From the NCBI GenBank assembly GCA_040954595.2, contig CM082580.2, positions 10,084,390 through 10,148,389 on the forward strand: a stretch of DNA of 64,000 nt, written 5' to 3'. The stretch's first letter is position 1, and each line of letters starts with the position of its first letter. Position numbers and translations under genes: made by a program. The DNA comes from Balanoglossus misakiensis. Taxonomy: Eukaryota; Animalia; Hemichordata. The notes under the pieces were generated by a model. The model was not told the DNA's origin and searched no databases. It saw only the letters and a program-made list of their open reading frames with translations. Positions 58,624 to 64,000 of the stretch are shown here, in pieces.

Positions 58624-60313
58624 TCATGTCTGCATACTCTTGGGCGTTGACAAGTTCATCATCCTTTCATGAATAGGATCGCAGATCGCCGACGGCAACA
58701 GAGAGAGCGGCGCCCATATCCAGGTGGCGTGCCAGCCGACCGGGTACCGCGCCTTCGGTCGGACGGAGGTCAGGGCGTGTTCCATGGCGTCCACCACCAG
58801 GAAGGTCTTCGGCGAGCAATATTCCAGGGCTTTCCGGGTGTTCGTCACCACTGTGGAAAAAGACGAGTTGATAACCGAAGGAATAATCGTGACTTGATTG
58901 TACATGCAAACTTATTTTATGCTTCATTGGAGAAATCAGTCTTCGTGTTTGTGTCAATATGTGACTTGCACCGAGACTGGCAGATTTGTAGGCATCAACC
59001 ACTGAATGATAGCTTGTGCACACAAAATACATGAAGTTAATTCCCATAGAATTCTGAGACCATGTAGTTCTAGTCCACAGAATAGATCATTGCCTGGTCA
59101 AAAAATGGTACTTCTAGTATATTTCCTTTTTGTATGGATTGAACAATGTTAGACTTACATGTGTCAAAAAATTCTCTTCCATATTCGTCGCGAACTTCCT
59201 GACTGAGATTTGACCAGGCCTTCTCCATGGGTAAAATCATATTGTCATCAGCCACTATATCGGTCCGGAAAAATGCAGGCTCTATTATGCTTACTGATAC
59301 CTTGAAAGGTCTCATGACTATTCTGTGAAGAAAGAAAGAAAGAAAGAAAGAATGAATGAATGAATGAATGAATGAATGAATGAATGAATGAAAATGATAA
59401 CATGGGCATTTTATGTGTACATGTATTTGCCTTGGTAAACAAAATGAGTTTTTCACAATATAATTTTGAACGAGTGCTGCTTGCCCTGCTAGTGTACATG
59501 TAGATTATCCCCCCCAAAAGAACATTTAGGAAATTCAGACCTCCTTTCACTGAACGTCAATCTACCTTAACCCATCCGAGAAACACTCCACGTTAAACTT
59601 GGACATTGAGTAGGCCCCGCTGACCGCAAATCGCCCGACCACGCTGGACACATTCACTATCCGTCCCTGGGCTCTTTTAACAAGGGGCAAGAAAGCGATG
59701 GTGACATCAAGCAGGCCGAAGACATTGACATCAAAACACTTCTGGTAGTCTTCCTTCCTGTGCCAGTCGCACGGTCCTCCCACCGCAGAAACACCCGCGT
59801 TGTTCACGAGACCCCAAAGTCCTGAAAAAATAAACATCATCCATGTATCCAACTTCAGTCAGTTTCATTTTTAGTTGGTTGAATGAATGAGTGACTGCAT
59901 TATTCTACAATTTAAAAATAAAAATTTTGCGGCAAATTTGGTCAGTCATGCTTTTGTGAATGTTTAGCCCCTCACAAGAAGTTCATACCTGTGTTTTCCG
60001 GCAACAATTCTTTGACCTCTCTAAGAGCCTCCCTCACGCTCTCTTCACTGGTCACGTCCATTTTGATCGTGTGTAGTCGCTCTGACGTCTTGGATCTCAA
60101 GTTCTCCCGTCCCGTCTCCGTGAGGCACGTGGCAAAGACGTGGAATCCCCGCTTGTCCAGTCGCTGGGCCAGCTGGTTACCGAAGCCGGTGTCGCATCCT
60201 GTGATGAGCACGTACTTCGATGGAATGCCGTTAACGACGGGTAGACGCCTCAGCCAATCACAGACCTTGTAAAGGACGTACAGGGACACACAACACACTA
60301 TGCAGAGCAGCAT
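58624..60313 (-). CDS. SDR9C-family short-chain dehydrogenase, copy C (more divergent), 323 aa; exons 59989-60313, 59566-59821, 59159-59322, 58624-58850
   Basis: TGCDTGFG, LWGLVNNAG, YSMSK, IIEPAFFRT, MEHALTSVRPKARY; same intron positions as A and B. Confidence 0.93.
59328..59392. repeat. (GAAA)n(GAAT)n microsatellite forming the polypyrimidine tract of SDR-C exon 3
   Basis: Direct observation, adjacent to the acceptor at 59323-59325. Confidence 0.9.
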
Positions 60314-63300
60314 CTTTTGGCACGGTTGCTAGAGAGGTGACAGAGATGACAAAATTATTGAACTGAAATCAGTTTGCTATCAAAACAAAACAGTAGAAAT
60401 TTTTTCTATGCAAGTCAGGTATGTGTCTTTCTATAAATAACCCAACCCTTCCATGGACACTGCACCTCCATTGACTGGCCTCCACAACAACTGGTATGCA
60501 ATTCAATGGGTGTCGATAGCCACCCGGGTGTGCAGAGTTTCATTTTAACGATCGTCTCTTCCCCGAGTGTGCATGTTGGCATGTCTCTGTCGTAACTGGT
60601 CCAGCTCTGCCGGGTGCCGCGACAATTGTTGTTTGGACGCCCCCCTCTCTACGCGACTGCAACTTAATTCAGACAGTATCTGTTACATTCAGCGATCCTC
60701 CACAATTTCCTTCACCTTTGCAAAAGTGCACTTCATGGCACCGTGGAGGGTTGTGTAAAAATCTACTTTAGTTTTCAGTCAGAACTGAAAACCGCACCAT
60801 TTTTATGTGCAGCGTTTTCAGAATCAGAACTTTCTGGCTCGGCTCCGTTGCTGCAGTTGTGTCGTCTGCTGACTGAGAAGAAAACCTCTGGAAATAAGTG
60901 AACGCCTTTGGAATCTCAAATACTTTTTCTTCAGCCGAGTGAACTCTTCACAGACCAGACAGACGGTAAATCATGTATAATGCTGGCATTCCAATCCATG
61001 CTAAAAGTCGATCACCCCATTTTAACTAAACCCTGCTTCTGGGATGGAAGATAACTGCCCTGCTAATAGCAAAATAATATTAGAGGGAAACTTTCATTGT
61101 TTTTTACTGCAGGATTATTTATCTCATCCTTTGAGGATCAAGGTGTAATTTATTGTATCTTCTTGGTTGTCCTGGTAAAGGTGACTACCCCGCTGTTTGC
61201 TCAACACGAGCTAACTCTGGGGTCGGTCGCTGACATAAAGCATGAATATTCATGATCCTTGCATTGTTGATCGGATGCTACTGGTGCAGGGTAATATCGG
61301 GGTGACTGGAGTCAATTTGAGGTCATTAGGCTTATCAAAATTAGATTAAATTCAAAATAAACCGAACGCAAGTAACAACCTTCAAATGGATGATATGAAT
61401 TTTATTTCAAAATATGACAAAGGTGAACCAATTCCCTTGAACCAATTTAGCAATGGTTTAATGTACACAAATGTACCAGTCAGTCAACGACCTTTTGAAG
61501 TCCTTCATGCTGCGACTCCTATGACCGAGAGCCTGACAGATTTTCTTGTTATTTACGGCTGTTCATTGCATGACCTTGGAAGAAAGCGCAGTAAGGTCAT
61601 GTCTGTATTGTCGCCAAGTGATGCACTGTGGAGGGCTGATTGTGGGTATTTAATATCTGGCCATCCAAGGGTGTACAGTTCTGGAATGGACATACGTGAG
61701 CAGCGCTGCCTGACTACAAGCCAGGCACTGATGGCTCTTCATGGTCATTGCATTAAACTATCAAGGGGAGGGGGTGGGTGGGGGAGGGAGGTACATGTTG
61801 GAGTCACACCATTAGTACAGTGTTATATTTATGTTATCAATAAAAAATCACATGATATCAAAAGTTTAAGATATGAAAAGGCATAAATTTGTACATGGAT
61901 ATAAATTTAGATATCAACATTTTACTACAAAAAAGATTGAGCATGGAATTGAAAAAATTCCAGGAAAATCTTAAAAGTTGTGAAGGAAACACATCTGGAA
62001 TAGTTGGGTGTGCAGGGTACTATGTAACAATATTTTTGTAATGGGTGACTTGACTATCTAAAACAATGAACACAGCTTAGCCGGAATTCAAAACATCATT
62101 TTTGTCTTACTGGGTAAATGCACAGTTACACTTACCTTAGATTTTTTCCCCAAATGAACTTATGCGCCGAAATCTCCCTCAATGCAATCTCCAACTTGGC
62201 CAAGCTTGAGGTTCTGCACGGCAGAATTGAACTCGCCGACCATAACCTGCAAAACGCCGAAAAATGAACCAGTCTGAGTTCACAGTCGCTCTTTATATGA
62301 ACACCCTCAAACAGAAGTACATTTCTCTTCAGCCTTACCGCGGGTCCCGGTTCGAGCATGTGACAGCCAATCACAGCGGACGGCGAATGTGGTTATGCAA
62401 ATTTTGACCTGAAAGCTGTTTACACGGCAGTCCAATGACCGGGAGAGCAATGCACAGAAGCTGCAGTTGAATGGAAGTTAAGGGGGGGGGGGAATGACAG
62501 TGAATGAACTGAACAGTGACAATGCAATGCCCAGCAGTTTGACGACCTGACCTCAGGTATTTGTTATTTGCATATCAAGGTGAAAGAAGTAGGTCATTAT
62601 TACTGGCGACCGAAAACGGTGGAAATTTTATACTGAAAAGTAAAATGTTTTTTTTTTTTCGAACAACCAGATGGACTGATAGCCCGAATTTCAGACTGCA
62701 TTTTTAGCAACTGGTGACTTCCACAGGAATTCCGGACAAATTTACCGCGTGCTCTATAGCATCCACCTTGGAATGATGGCCTTCGAGTGACATTGCTCAG
62801 TTCAGTGAACCCATCTGAGTGCAAGCTGATCGACTGAATTGAAAGGAACACGATCAGATAAGATATGTCATCATGCATAGTGAATATATAAAGAGTACCG
62901 TGGGAATATAGATTCTAGCATTGTTATACTAATAGCTTGTACTGATTTCAATGAAGTGCTATCTATACCCACAGGGTGCTCTACCTCCCTGTTTGTTTGT
63001 TTCCTATTTATGAATGATTTTTTATACACAATGAAGAATCAACTATTAAAGTGCTGACTGTTTATGTTTGTGCTTGTCAAAACAAAGCAGTGGATTTTTA
63101 TTTGATTGTATCAGGAACTAGTCATCAATTTAGGTAACTTAATATGCGTTCATGACATCAATTTACTTTTTTTTTCAATATTGCAAATAATATTTGATAT
63201 AAACTGCAATAATTCTAATTGAGAGAAAACTAGGAACATTCAATTACTTAGAACATGTAATGTTCAATATGATGGACTTCTGATAGTAACAAACTGCTTG

Positions 63301-63967
63301 CCTGTGCTGGGCCCGGGTTGAACTCTGGTGATTTAATTGAGCTTCGTGTTGAAGTGGGTCAGCATGCAACCGTCTCTGTGTATGTGCTAAATGTGGCCGC
63401 ATAGAAGCAGGTCAGAGACATAAAAACCACTGAGGTTGAACACAGACGATCAAAACAAAAGATTTATGTGTCTATCAGCAGATACACAGGTACATGTACA
63501 TACATCATGTACATGTACAGTGGTCGGCCAGTGCATTGTGGGTCTGGAAAAACTAAAACTACCAGTATACTCAGTTTTAGGTCAAATCATTTTAGAATGT
63601 CACTCACTTTGCAGGCGACTAAAGTATAACACCATATATGGGGTCAAATCAAATGCATGGACAGTACATTCGAAAAGCAGGGCATTTATTGGTTGGAGGT
63701 ATAATACCGTGGAGAGAACAAGCTTTAGAAAAATCTATGGATGAAAAGGTGGGCTTTTTTATTACTGAGTTGAACGCTCTGGATAGCCCAGGACAATGCG
63801 CCCAAGCCAGTGGGTTAGGTACGGCCTTGAAGACCCTGTACCAGTTTTGAGGGTCCCCCGGTTACTGTGCATTATTAGCTGCTAATTATAAGAATATTGT
63901 CCCTGATCAAATCCCAATCTCAACATAATACATGTAAAAAAAATTAAAATCATTGATTACTTGGTAA

Positions 63968-64000
63968 GGGGCGGACCATTTGATTTATAGGGGGGCTGGA
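63968..64000. mobile_element. Possible left end of another Harbinger-type MITE, cut by the window edge
   Basis: TAA followed by GGGGCGGACCATTTGATTTATAGGGGGG, same layout as the other two MITE termini; partner TIR not visible. Confidence 0.4.

Noticed and set aside
61386-61886. 166-aa ATG ORF antisense and upstream of SDR-C
   Set aside because: No motifs, runs into a G-rich tract, no supporting exons.

Overview
Eukaryotic (invertebrate metazoan-like) genomic DNA with GT-AG spliced genes, microsatellites and DNA-transposon debris, so most raw six-frame ORFs are exon fragments or artefacts. Exons were assembled by hand with phase checks. The window holds: the 3' end of an unidentified + strand gene (1-1121); three minus-strand paralogs of an unrecognised ~300-aa family with a Cys-rich hydrophobic segment and identical intron phases (2092-4614, 10595-20004, 28153-31497); a 3.0-kb internally deleted Academ-like transposon (36-bp TIRs, ACG TSD, XPG/PIN + Cys-rich remnant); three RDH/HSD17B6-like SDR genes; a 13-exon gene encoding signal peptide + 2 C-type-lectin-like domains + GAIN/GPS that stops 36 aa after the GPS cleavage site with no transmembrane region; a 13-exon guanine deaminase with a 2.9-kb CCTG/TCTG intronic satellite; an ELOVL6-like elongase with an intronless CDS; and two Harbinger-type MITEs sharing a core but with different TIRs. 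The most interesting items are the apparently secreted GAIN protein carrying a Stachel-like peptide and the uncharacterised three-gene family. No database searches were run; family calls rest on motifs recognised by eye.
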